Positions 11,670-23,589 of a stretch of DNA of 43,957 nt are shown here, piece after piece. How positions within the stretch are numbered: position 1 is the stretch's first letter; every line of letters begins with the position of its first letter. The notes beneath the pieces are model-generated. The model made no database searches. It was given only the letters and a program-made list of their open reading frames with translations, and was not told where the DNA came from. The DNA comes from Chiloscyllium plagiosum. Lineage: Eukaryota. Location: assembly GCF_004010195.1 (NCBI RefSeq), contig NC_057749.1, positions 12,516,591-12,560,547 of the forward strand, in the 5' to 3' direction. Both the position numbers and the translations under genes were made by a program.

Positions 11670-11867
11670 TTAAAAATGTGTTGCTGGAAAAGCGCAGCAG
11701 GTCAGGCAGCATCAAAGGAGCAGGAGAATCGACGTTTCGGGCATAAGCCCTTCTTCAAGCTCGAAACGTCGATTCTCCTGCTCCTTTGATGCTGCCTGAC
11801 CTGCTGCGCTTTTCCAGCAACACATTTTTAAGTTCTGATCTCCAGCATCTGCAGTCCTCACTTTCTC
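11670..11867. mobile_element. Penelope-derived short insertion with a perfect 70-bp inverted repeat and a hammerhead-core remnant
   Basis: Arms 11670-11739 and 11762-11831 are exact reverse complements; ~15-bp TSD ctggagtgcaggagg (11655-11669) / ctggaatgcaggagg (11868-11882). Confidence 0.85.
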
Positions 11868-13906
11868 CTGGAATGCAGGAGGGTTGATCAGTAAATTTGC
11901 AAATGATACAAAGATTGTTGGAATGTTGAATAGTGAGGAGGATATGCTTAGATTACAGGCGGATATAGACAGGCTGATCAGTGGAAAATGGAATTCAACC
12001 TGGATAAATGTGAAATGATGTACAAGGACAGGACAAACAAGGCATGGGAATATGTGATGAATGGTAGGACCCTGAGAAGCACCGAAGATCAGAGGGACCT
12101 TGATGTACATCTCTACCAGTCCCTTAAGATAGCGGGACCGATAGGTAAAGTGGTTAAGAAGGCATGTGGGTCACTTCCCTTTATTAGACGAGGCATAGAG
12201 TTTAAGAGGAGGGAGGTTATGTTGAAACTATATAAAACCTTTGTATAAGTTACAGTTTTGAGTATTGTGTGTCATTCTGGAATCTACATTATAGGAGCAA
12301 TGTGATTGCACTGCTGTGAATGCAGAGGAGATTTACCAGGACGTTGCCTGGTCTGGAGAGTTTTAGTTATGAAAGAGGGATTGGACAGACTGGGGTTGCT
12401 TTCCTTGCAGTGAGAATACTGAGGAGGAACATGACTGAGCTGTATAAAATTATATAGGGACATAGACAGGAAGGGGCTTTTCCACTTGATGGATTGATCA
12501 GTGATCAGGTAGAATAAATTTAAGATCGGGGCAGGAGATTTAGAGGGGATACGAGGAAACATGTTTTCAGCTAAAGGGTGATGGGAATCTGGAACTCTCT
12601 GCATGTAAGGGTGGAAGAGGCAGAAATCCTCTGAATACATTGAAAGTTTTTAGATGTACACTTGCATTACCAAGGCATACAGGGTATGGGCCATATGCTG
12701 GAAAATGGGATGAGAATAGATTGGTGGTTGTTTTTGACCAGCACAAACTCAATAGGCGGAAGGGCCTTTTTCTCTGCTGTAGTCCTTTCTGACTCAAAAG
12801 CTGTTCTTTTTGGTAAACAAATGGAAGTCAGGGTAGTGCTCATTGCAGTCCATTTCTTACTGACTTCTACTCCCTGAAATGGAATTCTTTGTCCGACTGC
12901 CTTTTACATTCCACAGTCTTACAGCTTGTAAAAGCCTGCCACCTTCCCTCCTTGATTAGGTCTGGGTTAATGTCTTCTGAGAGACCTCATCCCATCACCA
13001 CAAGTAAATGCATGGATCATGAAGAGTAAACCAGTTGGGGTTGCGTGAGGGCTCCCTGTGAGGGCAGAAAGAGGTATATCCCTTGTTTTCAATCCTTACT
13101 GAGGAACTTGGCATCATAAAGGAATGGGGCAGTGCAGCCTAAGTCCCATCCCTCTCTTGCTCACCATTGGCATGGATCTCTCACTGAGGTTTGGCCTCTG
13201 GTAGGTGCCCAGCCAACAAATATCACCACCGCTTGCCATGTAGACCTATTGGCTTCTGATTGCTTATTTGGGGAGATTTCCCTCCAAGGTCCTTGATTCT
13301 GAGGAAGGCCCAGAACTGCTGAGCGCTTAAGAAAGTGATGCAGGGTTCCAACTGAATTTCTAGTTTGTGTGTGAGACTCCTGTCACCTGGATTAAAGGGG
13401 ATCTGAGAAATGCTTGATTTTCAAGGGACTTGGTTAATTCTTGCTATGGTTTTATAATGTACAGTTTTCTACTCTCTGATGAATGCGCTTGTTTGAGTCA
13501 GTCTAAGTGGAGGTGTCTTCCAGTTTATTTAGCTGAAAATCAATATTCGCTGGGAACATAGGAAGCCTGCACTTGACACATACTAATATATGACCTATTC
13601 TATACGTGACTGTCTTAATTTGTCACATTAAATTGCTACAAAAGCTAACAGCAGTGATATAACAACCTTCGGTATTTCACCTTAGTGTCACACAGCTCAG
13701 AGTACTCATCAAACATGATCCAAGTTTGGGGGAAGATCCTGCAGTTATACTGCTGAGTTTCAATGGTGGTAATTGAAAAATTCACACATTTTCCTAAAAT
13801 CCCAGTGATTGCACAGCTTGTTCCACTATCCTGTATGTGCTGAAGCTTATGGTTGGGGCAGTATTTGTCGTTTGTGTGTTCATCACTCCATTTTCTTTTG
13901 TTTTAG

Positions 13907-14061
13907 TTCCCCCGCAGTTCTTGAAGCGTCCAGCAAACATTTATGCTCATGAGTCCATGGACATCGTGTTTGAATGCGAAGTGATAGGGTCACCAATGCC
14001 AACTGTGAAGTGGATAAAGAATGGGGACATGGTCATCCCCAGTGACTATTTTAAGATTGTT
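13907..14061 (+). CDS. NEO1: Neogenin exon (~exon 6), Ig4 N-terminal half: [52 protein letters not shown]
   Basis: Polypyrimidine tract plus ttAG acceptor; GTAAGT donor; 155 nt; [12 protein letters not shown] and PSDYFKIV are neogenin-type rather than DCC-type. Confidence 0.97.
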
Positions 14062-14974
14062 GTAAGTAAATACTTTAAATGAACCCCTCACATTTCCATT
14101 AGTTTTTCCTGGGTAAATGCTACTTGCCTCACTCAGCATTAAGTTCAGAATAAACCTGAGCCAGGGCAGCTGACGCTTTCTGTCTGTGCTGCCATTGATT
14201 GTGTTACATCCTGTGCTGTTCACTAAAGGCCTGGCACAGATTTGGCCTCTTAATGCCACATGTGAGGCACAGAAAGTTACATTTTCACCACAGTGAGCTT
14301 GGAACAATAAAAATTCACATGACTTTAATTTCCTGCCTAGTTTCCTGCTGGTATTTGCTATAATGTATGACAGAAATGCTTATGATAGTTTTAACATCTA
14401 TGACAACAGAACAAACATAATATCCACAAGTAAGCAATGCATGAGGTCTTCTGGTTGACAGTATTTACTGCTTTTATGTGTTTCGTATGGATTCCTCTTG
14501 ACATTAGCCATGAGAGTATTGGTGGAGGGGAATAGTATATACTTTTAATTGTATTATTATGTGAGAAATATTTATGTAGCAGTCACATAGACTGTCCTGC
14601 TGGACAGCCACACCTAGTGCCTCTCCTCTGGGCGCAATTGTATATCTCTTGAATTCTTGACAAGTCAGTGTGAAGTAGGATGAGTGTAACTACTGATGTG
14701 GATAGGCCTGTATGGTTAGGACTGAATCAATGATGAACAGTTCTTGGTTCAAAGTGGGCAACAGCAGATGGATGTTGTTTTGCTCCTGCACAGGAACTCT
14801 GTCCTTCAGCCAATCCCACTTGCTCAATTTTCTGAATCAAATTTCCTTCAGGTAATCTTTTGCTAAAACTCTTCATGCCTTTGTCACATTGTTTTGTAAA
14901 AACACAAAGAACATGTGAATGACTACCGTTGGAATTGTGTGTTGATTTTCATTTTCCCACCTTAAGGCACCTTT

Positions 14975-15070
14975 CAAGGACGTAGGAACAGGGATAAGCC
15001 ATTCGGCCCTCAAGCCTGGTTGGCCATTCAGTGGCCTAACTCCATATACCTGCCTTTGGCTCATATTCAT
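14975..15070 (-). mobile_element. Short LINE 3' UTR fragment
   Basis: taggaacagggataagccattcggccctcaagcctg resembles the tail at 1850-1880/3455. Confidence 0.5.
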
Positions 15071-15089
15071 AATTGAGAGGGACATTGTG

Positions 15090-15345
15090 TTTGATGGGCC
15101 GTTTGAATGTTGAGTGCCTGATCCTTTACAGACCTGCTGTCCCCATAAACATAGATTATCTGGGATCACCATCAGTGAACAAGACCAGGCAGCCTGGGCT
15201 GATTTCCCTCCTCCCTCATTTGTACCTCAGCATGAGAGCATTGAGACCAGTTGGAGTACAACTCCTCCCTTCCTGCCTGGTCATCTCACTCAGCACGCTC
15301 TGGCAAACAAGCCTGGGAAGGTTCTACTGTGTGTGGCTTGCTGAC
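15090..15345 (-). mobile_element. Ancient SINE-like repeat copy
   Basis: ggctgatttccctcctccc and tgtgtggct motifs are shared with 27670-27925. Confidence 0.4.
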
Positions 15346-15785
15346 TGTGCATGCTTGTGGGAACCTTCGGTTCCATTTGCTGGAAAGCTAGTGTTTGCCA
15401 TGTCTGCTCGATCAGAACAGCTGGATGTCTGACCATCCCGATATCTTCTTTCAATGGAGTTGAATCTCTTGAATTCCTGGTGACTGTTGCAGCTTTCTTT
15501 CTCTTCTGTGATTGTTGAGTCTGTTAGGGCTTTAATTTGCAGGGTTTTATTGACTTTTGTTATCATGGAGCATTATAGCTCTTTGAATAATGAAATATTG
15601 TTAGGTGTTGAGTACCGTAATCCACATTTAATGCAGAAATAAATAAACTCCTCTCTGTTCTACCACAATATTATGCCTTATCCCTCGTCTCAAAAGAGCA
15701 TGAAATACTAAAGGTTAGGAATTTCCCAGCGTGGTAAATCTGTGGCAGGAAATGTTAAGCATTGCTCCTTTTCTCTGTTTTTCAG

Positions 15786-15906
15786 AATGAGCGGAACCTG
15801 CAGGTTCTTGGTCTGGTAAAATCTGATGAAGGTCTGTATCAGTGTGTGGCAGAGAACGATGTAGGGAATGAACGGGCCAGTGCGCAGCTCATCATCTTGG
15901 AGCATG
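15786..15906 (+). CDS. NEO1: Neogenin exon (~exon 7), Ig4 C-terminal half: [40 protein letters not shown]
   Basis: ttttcAG acceptor; GTAAGT donor; 121 nt; D.G.Y.C Ig motif; in frame with both neighbours. Missed by the ORF track. Confidence 0.97.
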
Positions 15907-16649
15907 GTAAGTGAGAAGCAGCACAGACGTATCAACCAGGTGCTGCCAAGGAAGAGGGAGCCCACAGGACACTGTCAGATCTCAGAATTTGGCAGTCAGA
16001 GTGAATAGGAAACAGGTGGTAGAAGCAGTGAGGCAGATGGTAGAATACTGCTTTCAGTAACAGCTCTGTTTGCTCCGAGCTAAGAACAGCTTGTACATGT
16101 TTTGAGAGTGCAGTATGTGGAGAGATTACTGACTGCAGCACTTTCAACAGTTTCTGCACCATTAAGGACTATCTTTTCTTAACTGACCCATTTTCAGAAG
16201 AACATTATTTTTGCTTCCCTCAAGTTTTTTTACCTGCTGCAATCACTTGCTGCCCTGGGAATATTTGCATGTCAGTGCCTCTTTCAACTTCAACCAAAAG
16301 GTACATGCAAGTTCCTCAACTTAGATTCCTCCTTCGCGACTAAATTTCCCATTTCCGTTTGCCAGAACTGGATGATGGGCTCATCCATTAGTTGGTGATT
16401 TATCCTAACTGGAGGACGGTGAAATAGAAACTGGCTGGCAAACCTCACATTTCCTGATGGTAAAGTACGAGGGAGCCAGCTATGTGGGAATTTAGACAAT
16501 GGTACCTTTTAGTGTTGGATAGAGGTATAATCTATTGTCTGGACAGTCCTCTGGGAAACACTCAGGATAGTTTCATTCAGCCCAGTAGGATTGTTTCCCA
16601 GTAACAGAGGGAATGTCAGTTTAGGTAGTGAGGGGCAGCTGCGATCTAA

Positions 16650-16770
16650 GATGTGCATTTCAGTATCTCACCCAAGTGGTCAGCTTCACTGGTGAGCCTA
16701 GTCGATGTCTGTGATCTGCTTGACCACAGAGATATCTCAATGAGCCCGGGGTGTTGTCCTTGTACGCTAG
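16650..16770 (-). mobile_element. Ancient SINE-like repeat fragment
   Basis: caagtggtcagcttcactggtgagcct resembles caagtcaccatttctttctgtgtgagcct near 27678-27705. Confidence 0.35.
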
Positions 16771-17119
16771 CGGGAACTTGGAGACAAGGAAGTTGTGTAA
16801 ATTCTCTGGTGATGCAAATGGTCACAGTTGGAAAAAAAACCTGATAGCGAAAGAAATCACTCTTGAAAATGGGTTATAGGTTTCTGACTATTAATCGGTT
16901 AAGGAACTCTTGCCCATAGTCCAGGCTGGCAACTTAACTGAAACTCTCAATGATATTAGTTAATATCACACCATCGGGGAAATAAATTAAAATTTCCCAA
17001 TCAGTAAAGCTCAGTAACTCACTAGATAAATCAGCTGGGCAATGAGCACATTGTGATAACAATCTAATTAATGAAGCCGTTGACAGTTGTATTGGGCTGA
17101 GTTTTCTGTATATATACAC

Positions 17120-17410
17120 ACGTATGTGTGTGTGTGTATCTATGCTGTGCTATATGTTTGTGTCTTTGTTGTGCTCCTTTGGGTGTGCATTTTCACTCTG
17201 CCACAGTTGTGTCTCTCTGCTGTGCTTATGTGTCTGTGCAGGTGTCTGTACTCTGCCATGTGTATGTGTCTGCTATACTCCTGTGTCCATGTGCATCTAC
17301 ACGCTGCTGTATGTGTGTGTCTGTTTAACGTTGTGTGTGCCTCTACTGTGTTTGGGAGTTGTGTGTATGTGGCATCCCAGTTCTCTCTCTCTCTGCAGTG
17401 CTTGTGTGTG
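17120..17410. repeat. Degenerate (TG)n-rich low-complexity tract
   Basis: Dense tgtg/tgtc repeats; they generate the spurious Cys/Val-rich ORFs. Confidence 0.85.
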
Positions 17411-18984
17411 CTGCTCCATTGTGCTCCCAAAAATGCCTCCATCCTTGTCATTATGTGAGAGCCACACAACCCACTGAATGAACCTCTCAGTTGATTTACA
17501 CTGATTGAGGTTTCTTTTCATTTCTATTTTCGGTAAAATCAAGACACTGACTGTAAAACAGGGAACACTAACTTGTACTTGTGTTTCATCTCAATGCCAA
17601 AAATAGTGTCAATACCAAATACAGCCCTGAGTGTTCTCAGAGGGAAGTGTGTATAACATGGAATCAGGACATTTTGACCGGAGATGAATCTAACCCCATT
17701 CCTATAATCATTCACTCTATTGATTTACTGTTCAATTTCCATTATAAATCTCTGTGTACTGATTGATTGTTTTAATATCCATTCCCTGATCTGTTCTCCT
17801 GTTGTCTTTATCAGCAGTGAGCTTCCTGACTGCTGAGAAATAACTGTTGGCGTTCAGTGCAGACAGCAAGCGAGAGCATAGCCTCCACCCCTCCCCACCT
17901 ACCACCTTTGCCCAACCCTGTGGGGCTGTAGTTTTAGCCACTGGTACATGATTTCTAAAATCCAGGAGCTAAGTGCTGTTCTTGACCGACAGGGAAGGTG
18001 GACTAAATCTTTTCTGCACCTCACCACGGTCTGTTGGCAGCTTTGGTTTCCTGTGGTATGCAGAGCTTTTTGAGATCAGTTCGCAAGTTAATGTAAAACA
18101 GTCAGAGGCCTCTTCGTATCCAAGCATATGGACACACGCCTCTCCTGCTGAATTCCTCCTCTTGTAATTCTCTATTAAGTTTGTGTCTCCAGCATTGAAA
18201 GCATGGTTACGATATTAGTCTTGTTTGTGAGATCAGGAGGTTGGGTTCATAAACGCTGAAATGTGAGTGTAATTGTTTGAATACAGACACAGTAATCCAA
18301 CTCTGCATTGTCTTAATTGTGCTTCTGTTTTTTTATTCAAACAGCATCAAATCTTGACAATCCATTCTGATTGTGAAACGCACAATTCTGTCTTTTGGGG
18401 ATGTGGAAAGTTAACATCGAAAGTGGAATGATTTAAGAATAAAGAGATTATATATTGTTCAGGAAAAGTGGGGATGTTATAGACGAGTTGCTTATTTTAA
18501 GAATTATCTGGAAGTCAAGGAAATTGAAATAATCTTTTTGGGAAAGGTGGATATGAGAGTAATTTGCTGAATTACAATCAGACATAATATTGGAAGATTC
18601 CAGGGATAGTGAAGGAAGATGTAACAATTTGTACAGAGAGGTAAGCAGCAACTTAATTAACCTAACTGTAGCCTATAGCCTTGCTGAACCAGCAGGTTTA
18701 CTTTGATGCTGCTGCTAGAGACAGAGACGTGTTCACAAGGGCTAGCTGTCTCATTGTATTCTGAATCAAAATTAAAAGGAATGGAAGTGCAACAATTGGA
18801 TGAGAACCTAGTAAATGTGGTTCATGACTGCCTCTGGATATAATGGTACAATCTTATCAGCTGCAAGGAGCTGGCATTGAAAGCGGGGATCTTGGGAAAG
18901 ATGAGCATCAAGTTGGTGTTATCGTATCTTGGTGCACCAGAGATTGAGTAAGCGTGATCATACTGGAACTTTCTCCACAGACCT

Positions 18985-19160
18985 GCACAGACACATGCAA
19001 ATGCATGCATATACAGGCAGATATACGTGCATAAAAAGACACACATGTATGCACAGATATATACACTCGCACAGGCATGCCCGTGCACAGGCATACTAAC
19101 ATGCGCACAAACACACATATTCAGACAGACGCACACACACAGACACACATACATACCCAA
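18985..19160. repeat. Degenerate (CA)n-rich tract
   Basis: acac/gcac/atac repeats. Confidence 0.85.
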
Positions 19161-19317
19161 ACATGCCTCCCAGCAGTAGCAAGTAACCAGTTAGTGGAGG
19201 ACACTTAGGGACAGACTGGTGACCACAGCGAGGTCTTCCTGATGGTGAACAGAATATCCCGAGGTTGTCTCATAGTAGATGAGGCAGCCTCCTGAGAGTG
19301 CCAGTGATTCATAAACT

Positions 19318-20400
19318 CAGAACCATTCATAGGACAGAAGGATGCATTTAGCCCATTGTATTTGTGCCAGTCAACAAAGATATAACTATACTAATCCCGA
19401 TCCCCTACTTTTGGTTCCTATCATTGGAGGCTTCAGCTATGCCAAGGGGACATTTAAATGTTGCAAGAGTTTATGACTGCACCACTCTTTCAGGCAGTGA
19501 ATTTCAGACTTTCTCTCCCTCTGGATGAAAAACATTTTCCTTAGCTCTACTCTTAGTCTTCTACCTCTCAGCTTAAATCTATCTCCGTGGTCATTGACCT
19601 CACTCCTAATGGAAAAGGTGCTTTTCTATCTAGCTATCTATGCCCCTCATAATAGAATTGTAGAGTCATTAAGCACTGAAACAGACCCTTTGATCCAACC
19701 AGTCCATGCCGACCATAATCCCAAACGAAACTAGTCCTACCTGCCTGCACTTGGCCTATATTCTGCCAAACATTTTTTATTCATGTACTTATCTAAATTT
19801 AAACATTGTAACTGTACCTGCATCCACCACTTCCTCTGGAATTTAGCCTCACACAAGAACCACTCTGTGTAAAAAAAAAAAAAAAATTGCCCCTCATGTC
19901 CTTTTTAAATCTTTCTCCCCTTACCTTAAAAATATGCCCCTTGATCTTGAAATTCTCCACCCTCGGGAAAAGACACCTGCCAGTCACCTTATCTGTACCC
20001 GTCATGGTTTTATAAACCTCTACAAATGCTGGAGGAAAGATCACAGAAGCGCTTCACAGGAGGCTCCCAAGCACTGAGGATGTCACCGAGACAGGGGACG
20101 AAATGTCTGCAACACAAATTCGCAGCTCGACGAACAGAGTCTTCTTAACCACCCTATCTAGATATGTTGCAAACTTCAAAGACTTATTCTATACCTCTAT
20201 CAAGTTCCCTCTTAATCTCTGCTGCTCCAAGGAACATGACTCCAAACTATCGATATTGTCCTCATAATTCAGAGCCTCTAACTCAAGCAGCCTCCTAGTT
20301 AACCTCCTCTGCACTCTCTCTAATGCAATCACACCGTTCCTATAACGTGGTGCAGGAACTGTATGCAGTACTCCTGCTATGGCTGAACTGTAATGAGGCA
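19318..20400 (-). mobile_element. Nested CR1 LINE 3' fragments (host 19318-19651 plus 20187-20400; insert ~19652-20186)
   Basis: The host sequence tatgcccctcataat resumes as ttctatacctctatcaag; minus-strand peptide ALERVQRRLTRRLLELEALNYE; a second 3' tail starts near 19652. Confidence 0.75.
20020..20137 (+). mobile_element. Penelope-derived fragment containing a minimal type I hammerhead ribozyme motif (20071-20110)
   Basis: gca-CTGAGGA-t-GTC...GAC-GAAA-t-GTC-tgc: catalytic core boxes, a closable stem II and a 3-bp stem I. Confidence 0.65.
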
Positions 20401-20989
20401 TCTTCACCATCATTTCCTTCACCATCACCAAACCCCAAAAACAAATGCCAGAAGGTCACAGCTGCTGGCCATCCTTTAACAGGATTTAATTTCAGACCCA
20501 GGATCAGTCTTGCTCATTGAAACATGAAGATGATAATGTGCCCCATGACATCAGTCTTCTCCTGTGCTGTCTGTAGTGACAATTTAATTTAAAGAAACTT
20601 GGAGCAAAAACTAGAAAACCATAAACAAATACCTAGATCTCATGCTTTGTCTTATTGCATTGAGCAACAAGACATCGGATGGGCTGTCTGGGATCAGTTT
20701 TAGATTTACATTTCTGTTGTTTTGTAAGACAATTGCAGAAATCAAACAAAAGGGACATTGGAGCAAAACAGAAATAAATGCAAGTCGAGAGTTAGCCTGA
20801 CTTTGGCTGTAATGAAATATCGACTTAAGATTATCGACTGACTGGTATCTTGGGACTTGAGATTGGTGTGACACTTAATGTCTGACTTTTCCTGATGAAA
20901 TAGAATTGTGGAATGGATAGAACATAGAGGGACGCTATTCAGCTATCACTTTGTTCCAACTGTAAGAGCAGTTTGTTGACAGATAATTC

Positions 20990-23500
20990 ACAGGATTGTT
21001 ACAACTCTGAAGGAAGCCATTTGGCCCATTGTGACTGCACCTGGTCTCTGATCATTTTATCTGAGTGCCAGTATCCTGCCTTTTCCCTGTAACCTTGTGT
21101 ATTGTTTCTGGATAAATAATTATCCAGCGTCCTCTTGAATGCCTCAATTGAATTTGCTTTGACCAAACTTCCAGGGAGTGCATTCCAGACCCTAACTACT
21201 CACTGTGTAGAAAAGTTTGCATTTGCTCCTTTTGCAAATACTTTAATACTCTCTATCAAACCTCTCCAAGGAAAACAGTCCTAACTTCCCTCAGAATGGA
21301 AGTGTCTCAGCCCTGGAACTATTCTCATAAACCTCCTCTGCACTCTCTCCAATGTATTCACATCGTGTGACATCCAAAACTGTTCACTCTATTCCAGCTT
21401 AGGTCTAATCAGCGTCTTGTATGAGTTCAATGTAACGTCCTCCTCTTTTATTCTGTGTCCGTATTTATGAAGCCAAGAATACTATATGATTTATTGACAG
21501 CTCTCGCTACCTATTCTGCCACCTTTAATGACTTACGCACATATACACCCCAAGTCTCTGCTCTTGTGCACCCTTTAGAATGGTACCTTTGTTTTATACT
21601 GTTTACCCATGCTCTTTGCACCAAAATCCATTGCCTCACCTGTATCTGGCCACTCCCAAAGTGTCAATGCCATTTTGAAGTTCTACACTGCCCCGCTGTC
21701 AGTTTAAATTCTCCCAAGTTTCTTATCACACACAAACTTGACAAATGGTCTCTATACATGAAGATCCTAGATCATTTTGGGTCCCAGTTTTGACTCCTAC
21801 AGAATTCCACTTTGTAATGGAATTCCTCGAGCCCAAAAAAGCCATTATCCATTACTGTCTCTTTCCTGTCGCTCAGCTAATTCTATATCCACATTACCAC
21901 TATCCTTTTTATTCCTTGCCCTACAACTATCCTCATAGATCTGTGGTGTAGCACTGCATTAAACACCTTTTGGAAGTCTGAGTGTATCATACCAACGCCT
22001 TGCACCCATCTCTTCTCAGTTTTTTTTTAAAAAGTAAAACTCTAGCATGATAGTTAGACATGATTTTTCCTTAACGATTCCATGCTGACTTTCTGAATCA
22101 ATCCATATTTTTCCATGTGATAATTAGTTCTGTTCTGAATAATTGATTCTCAAAGTTTTCCCACATGGAAATTAAACTGACTGGTCTGTAATTGCTGGGC
22201 TTACCTTTACAATCTTTTTTGAACAAAGGTGTAATACTTGCAATTTTTCAATCCTCTTGTCCCATTCAGAATCTAGAGAACACGGAATGAATTACTGTTA
22301 ATGTCTCTGCATTTTCCACTCTCACTTCCTTCATTATCCATGAATGTATCTCATTCAATTCAAAAACTTATCAACTTTAAGTACTGACTGCATATCCGAT
22401 ACCACCTCTGTATCAATCTTTGGCCCTTTTAGTGACTGAGTTTCCTTTTCTAACACCATGGCCTGGCAAATGTCTGCATTGTAAGTAAAGACAGATGCAA
22501 GGTATTCATTTAAGACTTCTGCCATGCCTCTTGGCTCAGTGTTTAAATCCCCCTTTTGTCCCTAATTGGCCCTCTTCTTTCTTTTACCACCCTTTTTCTG
22601 TTGATGTGCTTTCCTTTCATGTTTCTTGCCAGTCTTCCTCGATAATCCTTCTTTGCTTCTTGTATATGCTTTTTTTCCTCCTTTATGTACCTTCTGAGTT
22701 CATTTTGGTTTTCAATTGTATTTACTATCTGACCTTGTATGAGGCAAACATTTTCTTCTTTAACTTAATTAATATCTACTTTTTCATCCTGACTTGTAAA
22801 TTTGTTTATCCTGCATTTCCCTTTTGATTACCCTCAATCAATATATATTGATTACCCTCAATCCATCCCTTCTTTAAAGGTAACCAGTTGGTCAACTGCT
22901 GATTTTCCCACCAAACCTTGGTTCCAGTTTGTCCAGCCCCGCTTTGTTCTCGCCTCATTGAAGTCTGCTTTCCACAAGTTGATTCTTCTTATTCTTGATT
23001 GATCAATTTAATATTTCAGCGTCAGCCTAAACCTTATGATATGATAGTCACTGGCCCTTAAATGTTCTCCCACTGTCACATTAAAGTCCTCCATTGTAAC
23101 TACTCAATGATGTTTACATATCTCTGTAATGTCCTTGCAGATTTTTTCTTTGATATCTTTAGCACAAGCTGATGGTCTGTACATTACACCAAACATTGTA
23201 ACATATTCCTTAACTCTAGACAGATTGATTTTGTCCTTGAACTGTCTGAAACATCACCTTTCCTCAGTACTTCAATGCTTTCCTTCATCAAAAATGCCAT
23301 CCCTTCTCCTTTTTATCCTTTCCTATCTTTTCTGAACACGTTGTAACCAGGAATATGTAATACTCAGATCTGACCTTTGTTAAGCTGCAACATCACAATT
23401 TCCCATGCTAATCTGCACCTGTAACTCTCAGTCATATTAACTATACTCCCTGCATTCATAGATGTGCAGTAGGCCTCTGATTTAGACTTCATTATTTTGT
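20990..23500 (-). mobile_element. Old, heavily degenerate CR1-clade LINE
   Basis: 3' tail near 20990; RT remnants (aattaaactgactggtctgtaatt = NYRPVSLI on the minus strand; ccttttggaagtc = DFQK). Confidence 0.75.
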
Positions 23501-23589
23501 CCCTTACTGCATAGAATAAATTGGTTTCTTCCTTATACCAGCTCCACCTAATAACTTCAAAAACAAAAACAAGGGTAGTCTTGATGATA

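Larger units (their letters stand above)
10845..12795 (+). mobile_element. Old degenerate CR1-clade LINE (RT region to 3' UTR) with two nested insertions
   Basis: Peptides GEVPEDWRTANVVLLFKK, KFANDTK and MEFNLDKCEMM...EDQRDLDV; many stops and frameshifts. Confidence 0.85.

Noticed and set aside
11544..12110. Identical peptide LKMCCWKSAAGQAASKEQENRRF on both strands
   Set aside because: It follows directly from the 70-bp inverted repeat and is not coding.
17087..17542. Cys/Val-rich and His/Thr-rich ORFs (also at 18822-19160 and 40980-41653)
   Set aside because: They are products of TG, CA and CT low-complexity tracts.
17120..19160. Possible long-range pairing between the TG-rich and CA-rich tracts
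   Set aside because: Both tracts are degenerate and any complementarity is generic to dinucleotide repeats.
22824..22863. 16-bp direct repeat ttgattaccctcaatc with a 24-nt period
   Set aside because: A two-unit local duplication inside a decayed LINE; not a CRISPR-like or functional array.
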